Source: an uncultured Chloroflexia bacterium (GTDB lineage: Bacteria > Chloroflexota > Limnocylindria > Limnocylindrales > CSP1-4). From it: 64,000 nt of DNA. Positions 1-8,761 of this stretch are shown one piece after another. The notes below the pieces were generated by a model that was given only the letters and a program-made list of their open reading frames with translations, did no database searches and was not told where the DNA came from. Every line of letters starts with the position of its first letter. The stretch's first letter is position 1. The position numbers and the translations under genes are program-made. The DNA lies in contig CAVYBB010000003.1 in NCBI GenBank assembly GCA_963766655.1, forward strand, positions 393,097-457,096. Reading direction: 5' to 3'.

Positions 1-639
1 GCCCAGCTCCGGGCGAGCCTCCGAGCCGAGGCCGTCGCGCTCCAGGCCTCGAGGCTCCGCCTGCTTTCCGCGGCGGACGACGAGCGGATCGCGCTGGCCG
101 ACCGACTGGAGCGCGGCGCCGGCGCGTTGCTGGCCGATCTTGGCGCGACGCTGGATCGGATCGAGCGGGGGGACGCCGCTGTCGATCATGCGGTGCGACT
201 GAGCCGCAGCCGGGTCGCGGGCCTCGATGCCGGACTCCGATCGCTGTCTGCCGGGCTGGGGCCACCGGCCTTGACGAACGACGGTCTTGCGGCAGCACTC
301 GCCCAGCTGGGCGGTGGCGCGAATGTCGCGGTTCGCGTCGACGTCGCGGTCGATGACCTCCCCGAGTCGCTCGCCACGACGGTCTACTTCATCTGCGCCG
401 AGGCGATCGCCAACGCCATCAAGCACGCCTCCGCCTCGACGATCGCCGTGCACCTCCACGCCCGTGGAGATCGACTGCGGGTCGAGATCGCCGACGACGG
501 ACGTGGTGGCGCAGGCCTGGAGGGTGGATCGGGGTTGCAGGGCCTCGTGGATCGAGCGTCGGCTCTCGGTGGAACCCTCGCGGTCGCGAGTCCGGCGGGT
601 GCCGGGACACGGATCACCGCCGACCTCCCGATCGGGTAG
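1..639 (+). CDS. Sensor histidine kinase, C-terminal part (NarL-class, HATPase_c); 5' end lies outside the window
   Basis: Frame 1 is open from nt 1 (AQLRASLRAEAVALQASRLRLLSAADDERIALADRLERG...) and runs into ORF 127..639. ATP-lid motifs are present: TTVYFICAEAIANAIKHA, DDGRGGA, GLQGLVDRASALGGTL. Confidence 0.8.
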   Translation, partial: AQLRASLRAEAVALQASRLRLLSAADDERIALADRLERGAGALLADLGATLDRIERGDAAVDHAVRLSRSRVAGLDAGLRSLSAGLGPPALTNDGLAAALAQLGGGANVAVRVDVAVDDLPESLATTVYFICAEAIANAIKHASASTIAVHLHARGDRLRVEIADDGRGGAGLEGGSGLQGLVDRASALGGTLAVASPAGAGTRITADLPIG

Positions 640-677
640 GCCGGCGGTGATACATGGGCGAGGCGGGTCCGGTCGGT

Positions 678-2183
678 CTAGGGAGCGTCGGCGACCCTGG
701 TGTACGGCACCCCCCAGAACGCCTCATTGACCTTCTGGTCGTAGTCGGTGTCGTGAGGCGGCAAGGACTCGACGTGCGAGAAATGAAGGGTGTCGCCGTC
801 GCGCTCGTAAGTGGCGCTGGTGTCACCCGTGCATACCGCGGTCCAACGGAGCGTGACGCGAGTTCCCTCGATCGTGAACACCCCCGAACAGGATCCGTCG
901 GCGACGCCGTTCACCCAAACATCGATGAATTTGCCATGCGACATCGTCAGCGTGTGTACGCCTGACTCATCTCGGGCCTGACCGGCCTGGACGCCGTGGT
1001 CGAGCATGTAGCGCTCCGTCACCTCGTATCGGTAGACGCCATCGAGGACCGCCTGATCGCCGCCGGGTCCGGTCGTGGCATCGATCACGGGCCGGCAAGG
1101 CTCGACGGCTGCCGCTGACGTTTCAGGCGCTCGAGCACTGATGGCGGCAATCGCGCGCTTCGTGGCCGCGTCGGCCTCGAGAGCGGCGTAGACGGGCGCC
1201 TCGGCGGCGCGGAAGGCGTCGAGGGAGACGGCATCGGCCAAGACGACCGTACCCCCGTCGGCGCAGAAGGTGACCGCAGCCTCGGCGTCCTTCACCTGGT
1301 TGGTGACGGCCCACGCCCGGGTTGCATCCGAGGCCGTCGTGATGATCGCCCGCTGGGCGGCGTCGAGCCGCGTCCACAGATCAGTGTTGATGACGAGGGT
1401 CATGACCTTGGCATAGAGGGCGACATTGCCGGTCGCCGTCGCGGTCCGATTGGGTCCACCGTTGGACAGAGGAAAGCCGCTGTCGGTGCCCTGGATCGTG
1501 CCGGCATCGACGCCCTGCTGATAGGCATCACCGACAGGGTCGACGGCTGTGCCGCCGAGGGCTTCGATGATCGCCGTCGTCTCGATGGACGAGATGGCCC
1601 GGATCGTCTTGCCCGTGACGTCGGCCGGGGTGAGCATCGGCGGGCCGAAGCTGAACAGGTGACGGAGCGACTCGGGGAAGAGGGTCAGCCCGGTCACCCC
1701 GCTGCCGTCGAGCCCGCTGAACAGGTCCTTCGCGATCGCGGCATCGTTGACGACCGCCGCGACGTGCTCGTCGGACTCGAACAGGAACGGCGCCTGGAGG
1801 GCCTCGAGGCTCGTCACCCCAGCCGCAGACCAGGCCCGCGCCGGCACGACGGCCATCTGGAACGTGCCCTGCTTGACACGCTCGATGACCGCTCCGTCTG
1901 AGCCCGGCGGATCGGCCTCGTCGACCGCTCCGGTCACGATCGTGACGGTCATCGTCCCGCCCGACAGCGTCTCGACCTGGCGCTTGAACTCGGCCAGCGG
2001 GCGGTTGCTGGGCCTGTCCGGCGGCTGCGAGTCGGCGACCGTGATCGCGATCGGGCCGGGCTTGCCGCCCGCCTTGGCGCCGGGATCAAACGAGGGCGCC
2101 GGTCCGCTCGTGCTGCCGCAGCCCGCGACGAGCAGGGCGGCCAGGTTGGTGACGGTCAGCCACCGTGTTCGTGCTCTCATCAT
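678..2183 (-). CDS. TRAP-type (DctP-family) solute-binding lipoprotein with an extra ~170-aa C-terminal domain
   Basis: Lies inside ORF 678..2732. The chosen start is ATGATG at 2183, preceded by GGAGG (2186..2190 on the minus strand). Lipobox LLVAGC. DctP-like core (KQGTFQMAVVPARAW, LQAPFLFES, ALYAKVMTLVIN). The upstream 183 codons of the ORF are Arg/Thr/Pro-rich and overlap the divergent kinase gene. Confidence 0.75.
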   Translation of the reverse strand: MMRARTRWLTVTNLAALLVAGCGSTSGPAPSFDPGAKAGGKPGPIAITVADSQPPDRPSNRPLAEFKRQVETLSGGTMTVTIVTGAVDEADPPGSDGAVIERVKQGTFQMAVVPARAWSAAGVTSLEALQAPFLFESDEHVAAVVNDAAIAKDLFSGLDGSGVTGLTLFPESLRHLFSFGPPMLTPADVTGKTIRAISSIETTAIIEALGGTAVDPVGDAYQQGVDAGTIQGTDSGFPLSNGGPNRTATATGNVALYAKVMTLVINTDLWTRLDAAQRAIITTASDATRAWAVTNQVKDAEAAVTFCADGGTVVLADAVSLDAFRAAEAPVYAALEADAATKRAIAAISARAPETSAAAVEPCRPVIDATTGPGGDQAVLDGVYRYEVTERYMLDHGVQAGQARDESGVHTLTMSHGKFIDVWVNGVADGSCSGVFTIEGTRVTLRWTAVCTGDTSATYERDGDTLHFSHVESLPPHDTDYDQKVNEAFWGVPYTRVADAP

Positions 2184-2247
2184 TGCCTCCTTCGAGCGCT
2201 GATGAGGCGATCGTCCGCCGGCCGCCGCGGCTGGCACAGCCGGGCGA

Positions 2248-2278
2248 GCCACGGTTCCGGGACCCACCGTACCGTGGC
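2248..2278. promoter_or_regulatory. Inverted repeat GCCACGGT-N15-ACCGTGGC in the divergent region between the TRAP lipoprotein and kinase genes; candidate operator
   Basis: Perfect 8-bp arms at 2248..2255 and 2271..2278. The right arm is preceded by a direct ACCGT ACCGT. The repeat lies 9 nt upstream of the first possible kinase start. Confidence 0.25.
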
Positions 2279-2286
2279 TGTCCACG

Positions 2287-2955
2287 ATGGGAGGGCGATA
2301 CCGCGATGCCACAATGCCAGACGTGGTCCTACGCGCGCTTCGACGTGGTTCAGCGGTCGTGGTCTCCTCGGTCGTCATTCTCGTTGTGGCTTCGAGCTTC
2401 CGGCCGATCGGGACTGAAGCCACCTGGCTCGCTGCGCTCGGACGAGTCGTCCCGCTGACGTTGGTGGCGGCCGCAATCGCGCAATGGTTCGTTGGGCGGA
2501 CCGTCGGCAGCCTCGCAGCCTCCCTCGCCGGAGTGTCATTGGCCGGCGTGGCCTGGGGGGCGGCGAGCGTCACCAGATCGGATCCACTCTCCGCACTGGG
2601 ATTCCTGGTTGCCCCACTCCTTATCCCGTTGCTCGTGCTCCAGGTTGCCGAGGTACCGACAGCCTGGCGTCCTCGTCGGGCGATGTCCGCGGTCGCCGTT
2701 GCCTTCCTCGGTATCGGCCTCGCCGGTGTCATTCGCGCCTTCGTCTACGAGCCGTTGCTCGACTTGAACTGCGGGCCGTTCTGCGGGCACAGCCCAGTCC
2801 TCCTGGCGGCGAACCTGGACCTGGCCTCGATCCTCGCCGGAGTGGCGACAAGCACCTCGGTCGGCGTCGCGGGTTTCGTCGGTCTTGCCATCGTCGCGGG
2901 ATTGATTGACGACCACCCCCAGGGCTTCGCGCCGCCGTCGCGCCTGTGCTCGTGA
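2287..2955 (+). CDS. Multi-pass membrane sensor module; N-terminal part of a histidine kinase that continues in another frame
   Basis: Several hydrophobic helices (VVVSSVVILVVASSF, VVPLTLVAAAIAQWF, LGFLVAPLLIPLLVL, AVAVAFLGIGLAGVI, VGVAGFVGLAIVAGL). An alternative start is ATG 2314. The ORF ends 10 nt after the kinase-core ORF opens in frame 0. Confidence 0.6.
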   Translation: MGGRYRDATMPDVVLRALRRGSAVVVSSVVILVVASSFRPIGTEATWLAALGRVVPLTLVAAAIAQWFVGRTVGSLAASLAGVSLAGVAWGAASVTRSDPLSALGFLVAPLLIPLLVLQVAEVPTAWRPRRAMSAVAVAFLGIGLAGVIRAFVYEPLLDLNCGPFCGHSPVLLAANLDLASILAGVATSTSVGVAGFVGLAIVAGLIDDHPQGFAPPSRLCS

Positions 2956-4025
2956 TCGTGGCCATGGCTGCACTCGCGAGCGCTGGTCTCTTGGCGGCCG
3001 GGCGTACAGCCGCGCCGAGCACGTTCGAAATCGCTCGTCTCGTCGTGTCCCAGGCGGTCGCCTGTCTGGCTTTGGTCATTGCCGTCCTTCTCGTCACCTG
3101 GGACCGGATCTCTGTTCGGCGAAACCTGGCCGAGGTGGCTCGCCTGCTCGGCGATCAGGCCGATCCGCTCGCAGTGGAGGCGAACTTGAGCCGCGCCGTC
3201 GGTGATCCGGACCTGCGCGTTGGGTATTGGGCGGATGAGCTCGGATATGTCGGCGTCGATGGGCTGCCCCTCAGGAACGAGGACCGTGGACAGAAGCGAA
3301 CGGAGCTGGTCAGCCGGGGCCGTCGCGTGGCCGTCCTGGTCCACGACAGCGAGTTGTTGCCATCCGACCTGTTGGACGAGCATTTCGGCCCACAGGCGCG
3401 GCTGGCGATCCAGAACGAAAGCCTTCAGCTGCAGCTCCGCCGTCGGGTGGATGAGCTGCGGGCGTCGCGGCGGCGCATCGTGGAAGTAGGTGAGGCGGAA
3501 CGGCGGAAGCTCGAGCGAGATCTCCACGATGGCGCGCAGCAGCTTCTCCTCGCCCTGTCATTCGAGTTGCGTCGGGGCGAGCGGGCGGCAGCCGGCGCTG
3601 GCGACGCCGAAGCAGCGGCCCGGTTCGCCGAGGCGCGCGGTGCGGCGAACGGGATTCTGGAGGAGCTGCGCGCGCTGGCCCATGGAATCCATCCCGACAT
3701 CCTGACGGGCGCGGGTCTCGAAGAGGCGCTGCTCAGCTACGCCAGCGCAGTGACGCCATCTCCCGAGTTCACCCTCAGCATTCCGGGCCGGCTCCCGGAG
3801 GACGTCGAGTCCGCGGCCTATGCCATCGTGACGGGAGTGCTCAGGGCAGCCCCTGGCGCCTCGGTCTCGATCGCGCGCGACGGCGACACCCTGCGCATGG
3901 AACTGACCGATCTCCAGGACGCCCCAGAGTCTGTCCTGGACCGGCTCGGCGCAGCCGGGGGCACGATTGGCGGGCCGGCCACGGATTGGAGCTCGTCCTG
4001 CCATGCGCGTAGTCGTCGCCGATGA
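2946..4025 (+). CDS. Histidine kinase core (HisKA_3 H-box + HATPase_c), NarL class; apparent continuation of 2287..2955
   Basis: H-box ERRKLERDLHDGAQQLL. ATPase region ESAAYAIVTGVLRAA, ARDGDTLRMELTD, LDRLGAAGGTI. Frame 0 is already open from 2910. A different frame gives a canonical C-terminus, ...GHGLELVLPCA, with its stop at 4010..4012. Confidence 0.8.
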   Translation: MLVIVAMAALASAGLLAAGRTAAPSTFEIARLVVSQAVACLALVIAVLLVTWDRISVRRNLAEVARLLGDQADPLAVEANLSRAVGDPDLRVGYWADELGYVGVDGLPLRNEDRGQKRTELVSRGRRVAVLVHDSELLPSDLLDEHFGPQARLAIQNESLQLQLRRRVDELRASRRRIVEVGEAERRKLERDLHDGAQQLLLALSFELRRGERAAAGAGDAEAAARFAEARGAANGILEELRALAHGIHPDILTGAGLEEALLSYASAVTPSPEFTLSIPGRLPEDVESAAYAIVTGVLRAAPGASVSIARDGDTLRMELTDLQDAPESVLDRLGAAGGTIGGPATDWSSSCHARSRRR

Positions 4026-4662
4026 CTCCCTCCTGACACGAGCCGGCATCGTCGCCATCCTTCGTGAAGTCGGATGCGAGGTCGTCGGCGAGGCACGCGA
4101 CGGGACAGAGGCGCTTGCAGCAGTCCGCGTCCACCGGCCGGACGTAGCGGTGCTCGACATCCGGATGCCGCCAACCCACACTGACGAGGGTCTCGTCGCC
4201 GCGCATGAAATCCAGGCCGGCTTTCCAGGCACGGCGGTCCTCGTTCTTTCCCAGTACGTCGAGCCGGCGTATGCGATGCGGCTCATCGAGACGTACCCGG
4301 GCGGTCTTGGATACCTGCTGAAAGAACGCGTCCTCGACGCCGCGGTCTTGTTGGACGCGCTTCGCCGGCTCGTCGACGGCGAGTGCGTCATCGACCCGAC
4401 GATCGTTGCCCAATTCATGCACCCGAAGCGCGAGCCCGACCCGCTCGACGTGCTCACCGATCGGGAGCGAGAGGTGCTGGCCCAACTGGCCGAAGGTCGA
4501 TCGAACGCGGCGATCGCCTCAACGTTGTTCATCGCCGAGCGGACGGTCGAATTGCACACGACGCAGATCTTCCAGAAGCTCGGGCTCGAGAGCTCGACGG
4601 ACGTTCACCGACGCGTTTCCGCCGTCCTCACCTACCTGCGATCGATGCGTTCAGGGGTCTGA
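4003..4662 (+). CDS. NarL/LuxR-family response regulator (REC + LuxR-type HTH)
   Basis: Start MRVVVADD at ATG 4003, inside ORF 3967..4662. Motifs: DVAVLDIRMP, VLVLSQY, LTDREREVLAQLAEGRSNAAIASTLFIAERTVELHTTQIFQKLG. Confidence 0.9.
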   Translation: MRVVVADDSLLTRAGIVAILREVGCEVVGEARDGTEALAAVRVHRPDVAVLDIRMPPTHTDEGLVAAHEIQAGFPGTAVLVLSQYVEPAYAMRLIETYPGGLGYLLKERVLDAAVLLDALRRLVDGECVIDPTIVAQFMHPKREPDPLDVLTDREREVLAQLAEGRSNAAIASTLFIAERTVELHTTQIFQKLGLESSTDVHRRVSAVLTYLRSMRSGV

Positions 4663-4715
4663 TCGGACATCGATCCTGACAGGAACGAGAACCGGATGCG
4701 CCGCAGCAAGAGGCG

Positions 4716-5084
4716 TCAGTCCTGCAGCACCGACAGGATGTTGCCGGCCGGGTCCTTGAACCACGCGATCGACGGGCCATTCCCGCGCATGATCCCGCGC
4801 TCGTCCTGGGGAGACCCCTCGTATCGCTCGAACTGGACGCCGGCAGCGACCAACTCGTCAACCGCGGTATCGATGTTCGCGACGGGGAAGTTCAGGACCG
4901 TGAACGTGGCGGGCTGGTGGTCGGCCTTGGGGTAGATCAGCACCCGCCCGCCGCCGGCGAGCTTGAGGGTGAGCATCCCGTTCTCCTCGGCGGCCTCAAG
5001 CCCGAGGGTTCCGGCGTAGAACTCTCGTGCCGCCGCGATGTCGTCCGACGAGAAACCCGAGAACGCCTGGCTGTTCCGGAACAT
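4716..5084 (-). CDS. Glyoxalase/bleomycin-resistance (VOC) family protein
   Basis: 122-aa ORF with FYAGTLGLE near the N-terminus and [13 protein letters not shown] at the C-terminus, typical of the VOC fold. Confidence 0.8.
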   Translation of the reverse strand: MFRNSQAFSGFSSDDIAAAREFYAGTLGLEAAEENGMLTLKLAGGGRVLIYPKADHQPATFTVLNFPVANIDTAVDELVAAGVQFERYEGSPQDERGIMRGNGPSIAWFKDPAGNILSVLQD

Positions 5085-5164
5085 GTGGCTCCTCCTTGCT
5101 GCAGCAGTGCGGGTGGTTGCACCGGTAGAGACTCCTCTTGCACCCGCGACTCATCGGCGCCGCC

Positions 5165-5217
5165 GGTTTGCACGGGCACCCTGCATCGGTAATGCAAGTG
5201 GGCCTTCGCTGCAAACC
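5165..5217 (+). promoter_or_regulatory. Nested inverted repeats / possible stem-loop in the feoA upstream region
   Basis: GGTTTGCA (5165..5172) is the reverse complement of TGCAAACC (5210..5217). An inner pair TGCAT/ATGCA is at 5182..5196. A second hairpin, CGGGTG...CACCCG, is at 5110..5146. Confidence 0.25.
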
Positions 5218-5298
5218 CAAGCGACCCTGCTGTCCGGCCCGTCAACATCGGGACCTTGGGCTCTACGGCCCCCCGCCGCGCGGCTGTGTACTGGGCGC

Positions 5299-5571
5299 AT
5301 GTCGATATCTGAGTCGGCCACTCGGGATTGCAGTCTAGCCGTGCTACCCGTCGGCGTCCGCGCTCGGATCCTGGCCGTCGATGGAATCGACGCCCACAGG
5401 CTCGTGGGCCACGGCTTCAATCCCGGCGCGGCCCTGACGGTCGAACAGGACGCCCCGTTCGGCGGCCCGCGCATCGTGCGGCTTGGGGCAGCGCGGATCG
5501 CACTCGCCCCGACCATCGCCGGGTCCGTCCAGGTGCGGCCTGATCCGTCGCCTCCGCCGGCGGAGCGATGA
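5299..5571 (+). CDS. feoA: FeoA-family ferrous iron transport accessory protein
   Basis: ATG 5299 within ORF 5038..5571. The 90-aa SH3-like FeoA pattern is present (VRARILAVDG..., LVGHGFNPGAALTVEQDAPFGGPRIVRLGAARIAL). Its stop overlaps the feoB start as ATGA. Confidence 0.8.
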   Translation: MSISESATRDCSLAVLPVGVRARILAVDGIDAHRLVGHGFNPGAALTVEQDAPFGGPRIVRLGAARIALAPTIAGSVQVRPDPSPPPAER

Positions 5572-7565
5572 GCGCCCTCGAGGCAGGGCTCGCCTGCGAC
5601 GTCACGGTTCCGGCCCGGGCTGAGTCACCGTCCACACGAGCGCTGGCCGCCACGGGCCCGGCGGTCGTAGCGATCGTCGGCCGGCCCAACGTCGGCAAAT
5701 CGACGTTCTTCGCCCGCGCCAGCGGCAGGTTCGCGGAGTCCGCCAACGTCCCCGGGACGACGGTTGGCGTGGCTCGCCGTGACGTGTCCGTGGATGGCCG
5801 ATCGGCTGTGCTCGTCGACCTGCCGGGCACCAACAGCCTGGCCGACCGGAGCGACGGCCTGCCGTCCTTCTGGCGGCTCCTGCTCGATGTCAAGCCGGAC
5901 GCGATCCTGGCTGTCGTCGATGCCGGCGACCTCGCGCGACACCTGCCCCTCGTCCTTGCCTGTCGCGATCTCGGGTTCCCGATCGTGGTGGCGGCGAACC
6001 TCGCCGACGAAGCCGCTGCGCGCGGGGTCGACCCCGACCTCGGCCGGCTGTCGCAGCTCCTCGCGGTACCTGTGCACCGGACGGTGGGCCGTCGGGGGGA
6101 CGGCGTGACCGACGCGGTAAGCGCCGCCATCCGCCTTGCCGATGGGCAGCGCTTGCGTGGCGCGGGGACGGGCCGGCGAACGTCCCCGGTCCCGCCCTAT
6201 TCGGCCGAGCTGGTCCACAGGGTCCAGGCGATTGCTCGCGGGCTCATGAACGGCGAAACGCAGCCGGCCGGCGTGTCGAGCGACCTGCGCGACGATGTGG
6301 CAGGCGGCCGGCTGTCGCCGATCGGTGCTGCAACCCTCGCCGCCGCGGCGGACCTGGAGCCGCAGCGATGGGCGGTCGCCGAGCGATGGGCGAGCCAGGT
6401 GGACCGCCGGGTCGCCGTCAAGCCGCGTTTGGCCGACCGGCTCGGCCGGCTCGTCACGACGCCCTGGCCCGGCCTGCCGCTCTTCGTGGCCATCACGCTC
6501 GCCAGCCTCGTTTCGACGATGATCGTCGGGACGCTCCTCGCGACCGTCCTGGCCGGCGCGTGGGGAGCATTCGTGTCGCCGGGGCTGACGAGCCTCGTCA
6601 CGGCCGCCGTTCCGGTCCCGGCCCTGGCCCCCGCGATCCTCTGGGCGCTGGACAGCGGCCTCCTCGCGATGCTCTCGGTGGGGCTGCCGTTCGTCCTGTG
6701 CTTCTACCTGATCCTCGCGGTCCTCGAAGACTCCGGCTACCTCGCCACCGCAGCCGTCCTCAGCGACCGGCTCTTCAACGCGCTCGGGCTGCCCGGTCGG
6801 GCAGCCATCCCGGTCCTCGCCGCGACGGGCTGCAACGTCCCGGCGATCTACGGCACGAGGGTGCTCGACTCCCGACGCGAGCGCCTGCTCGCCTCGTTCC
6901 TCATCGTCCTGACCCCGTGTTCCGCGCGCTCGGCGGTGGTCGTCGCCGCACTTGCTCCGTTCGCGGGCCCGGTCGCCGCACTGGCTGCCTTCGGCGTCGT
7001 GGCGCTCGTCGCGATCGGCGCCGGACTGGGCGCCAATGCGCTCGTGCCTGGTCGCCAGTCGCCGCTCGTCCTTGAGCTCCCGACGCTGCGACTGCCGATC
7101 GCGCGCCAGGTCGCCCTCAAGGCATGGTTCCGCTTCCGCTCGTTCGTCCGGACCGCCGCCCCGGTCATGCTGGCAGGCTCGTTCCTCCTGGGTCTCGCCT
7201 ACGAGACGGGCGCGATCGGGACGCTCGAGGGCGCGATCGGCCCCGTGACATCCGGGGTGCTCGGCCTGCCGCCGGTCGCAGGCATCGCGCTCGTCCTCGC
7301 GTTCCTGCGCAAGGAGCTCGCCCTCCAACTCCTCGTCGTCCTGGCCGTCGCCGAGTACGGCGCGTCGGCCACGAACCTGGGGACATTCATGAGCTCTGGC
7401 CAGCTCTTCGTGTACGCGGTCGTCACGGCCGTTTCCATCCCGTGCGTTGCCACGCTGGCGAGCCTCGTCGACGAGTTCGGCTGGCGACCGGCGGTGGCGA
7501 TCAGCGGTGCCGTGCTCGGGGTCGGCCTGAGCGCGGGTGCCATCCTCGCGCGCATCGTCGTTTGA
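5568..7565 (+). CDS. feoB: Ferrous iron transporter FeoB (N-terminal G domain + polytopic membrane domain)
   Basis: 665 aa. G1 IVGRPNVGKSTFF, DLPGTNSL, then a long membrane domain with a gate-like LAATGCNVPAI. Confidence 0.92.
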   Translation: MSALEAGLACDVTVPARAESPSTRALAATGPAVVAIVGRPNVGKSTFFARASGRFAESANVPGTTVGVARRDVSVDGRSAVLVDLPGTNSLADRSDGLPSFWRLLLDVKPDAILAVVDAGDLARHLPLVLACRDLGFPIVVAANLADEAAARGVDPDLGRLSQLLAVPVHRTVGRRGDGVTDAVSAAIRLADGQRLRGAGTGRRTSPVPPYSAELVHRVQAIARGLMNGETQPAGVSSDLRDDVAGGRLSPIGAATLAAAADLEPQRWAVAERWASQVDRRVAVKPRLADRLGRLVTTPWPGLPLFVAITLASLVSTMIVGTLLATVLAGAWGAFVSPGLTSLVTAAVPVPALAPAILWALDSGLLAMLSVGLPFVLCFYLILAVLEDSGYLATAAVLSDRLFNALGLPGRAAIPVLAATGCNVPAIYGTRVLDSRRERLLASFLIVLTPCSARSAVVVAALAPFAGPVAALAAFGVVALVAIGAGLGANALVPGRQSPLVLELPTLRLPIARQVALKAWFRFRSFVRTAAPVMLAGSFLLGLAYETGAIGTLEGAIGPVTSGVLGLPPVAGIALVLAFLRKELALQLLVVLAVAEYGASATNLGTFMSSGQLFVYAVVTAVSIPCVATLASLVDEFGWRPAVAISGAVLGVGLSAGAILARIVV

Positions 7566-7612
7566 AAGAGTCAGACCCCTGTCCATCCATCGCTCTTGAA
7601 AGGAGCCCGACA

Positions 7613-8083
7613 ATGATCGAGAACCCTTCCCGGGAGGCAACAGCCACGGCCGTCGACCAGGTCGACGAGCTGCAGGCAACATTGGTCGAGCTCATCGACC
7701 TCAGCCTGCAGGCAAAGCAGGCCCACTGGAACGTCGTCGGCCCGAGCTTCAAGCCCGTGCACGAGTTCCTCGACGAGCTGACAGCCGAGTACCGTGACTG
7801 GTACGACATGGTGGCCGAGCGGATCACGGCGATCGGGCACGCTCCCGACGGACGCAGCGCCACCGTCGCGGCCTCCACGCCGCTGTCGCCGCTGCCGATC
7901 GGTCCGATCCAGGACCGCGTCGCCCTCGGGACGTTCGACCAGCGAGTGACGGTCGTCGCGGCCAACATCCGGCGGCGCGTCGAAGTCCTCGCCGATATCG
8001 ACGTCGCCACGCAGGACCTGCTCATCGAAGTCCTCCGGGGCCTCGAGAAGCAGCGCTGGATGCTCCGAGCCCACATGGCGTGA
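7613..8083 (+). CDS. dps: Dps-family DNA-protecting/ferritin-like protein
   Basis: ATG 7613 is preceded by AGGAG (7601..7605). Ferroxidase-site region QAHWNVVGPSFKPVHEFLDE and WYDMVAERI. The rest of ORF 7124..8083 upstream is Arg/Pro-rich read-through. Confidence 0.9.
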   Translation: MIENPSREATATAVDQVDELQATLVELIDLSLQAKQAHWNVVGPSFKPVHEFLDELTAEYRDWYDMVAERITAIGHAPDGRSATVAASTPLSPLPIGPIQDRVALGTFDQRVTVVAANIRRRVEVLADIDVATQDLLIEVLRGLEKQRWMLRAHMA

Positions 8084-8233
8084 CCGCGGCGGACTACTGA
8101 CCATCGGTGACGTCGGCGGCCGCCGCGGCGCGTGAGCTCCGTCACGGAGTGACGAGCCAATCGGCTCTATCCCGCTGCCCGCAATCAGGATCGAATCGGG
8201 TGAAGGCACCACCGTCGGAGAGGTAGGGAAGTC

Positions 8234-8721
8234 ATGAACACCCTGATCGTCTATGACACGTCGTTCGGCAACACCGAGCGGATCGCAGACGCGATCTGCG
8301 ACGGCCTCGAGGCCTTCGGTGAGGTCCGCGTCGTGACCGCAGCGGAGGCAGACATCGGCCCGGCGGTCGACCTCCTCCTGGTGGGCGGGCCGACGCAGCG
8401 CCACGGCCTGAGCCCGGGCTCGCCACGCTGCTTCGGGGCCTTGCTCCGCGGACGATGCGCGGGGTCACCGCCGCGACATTCGACACGCGCTACCGGATGG
8501 CGCGCTTCCTGAGTGGCTCCGCTGCCGCCGACGCGGCCCATCAGCTCGAGCGCGCCGGCTGCAGCATGGTCGCGCCGCCGGAGAGCTTCTTCGTCGAACG
8601 GGATCGGCCGCCGCAGGGTGAGAAGCGTCAGCACGGCCGCGAGCAACTCGAACCTGGCGAGATCGCCCGCGCCCGCGCCTGGGGTGCCGAGCTTGCCGAA
8701 CTGCTCGCCACCAGGCCCTGA
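8234..8721 (+). pseudogene. Flavodoxin-like protein interrupted by one frameshift
   Basis: ORF 8234..8512 begins MNTLIVYDTSFGNTERIADAI...LLLVGGPTQRHGLSPG. The sequence continues sensibly only in the frame of ORF 8455..8721 (LATLLRGLAPRTMRGVTAATFDTRYRMARFLSGSAA...). The frame switch falls at the CCCGGG run near 8413..8420. Confidence 0.7.
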
Positions 8722-8761
8722 AGACGATTTCGACCGGGGTCCGGGCGCCGATGGAGCCACC

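Noticed and set aside
5625-7682. 685-aa ORF on the minus strand, opposite feoB
   Set aside because: The translation is Arg/Asp/Glu/Gly/Pro-rich with no motifs or hydrophobic structure. It is exactly antisense to a gene with unmistakable FeoB motifs. This is a typical shadow ORF of a high-GC genome.
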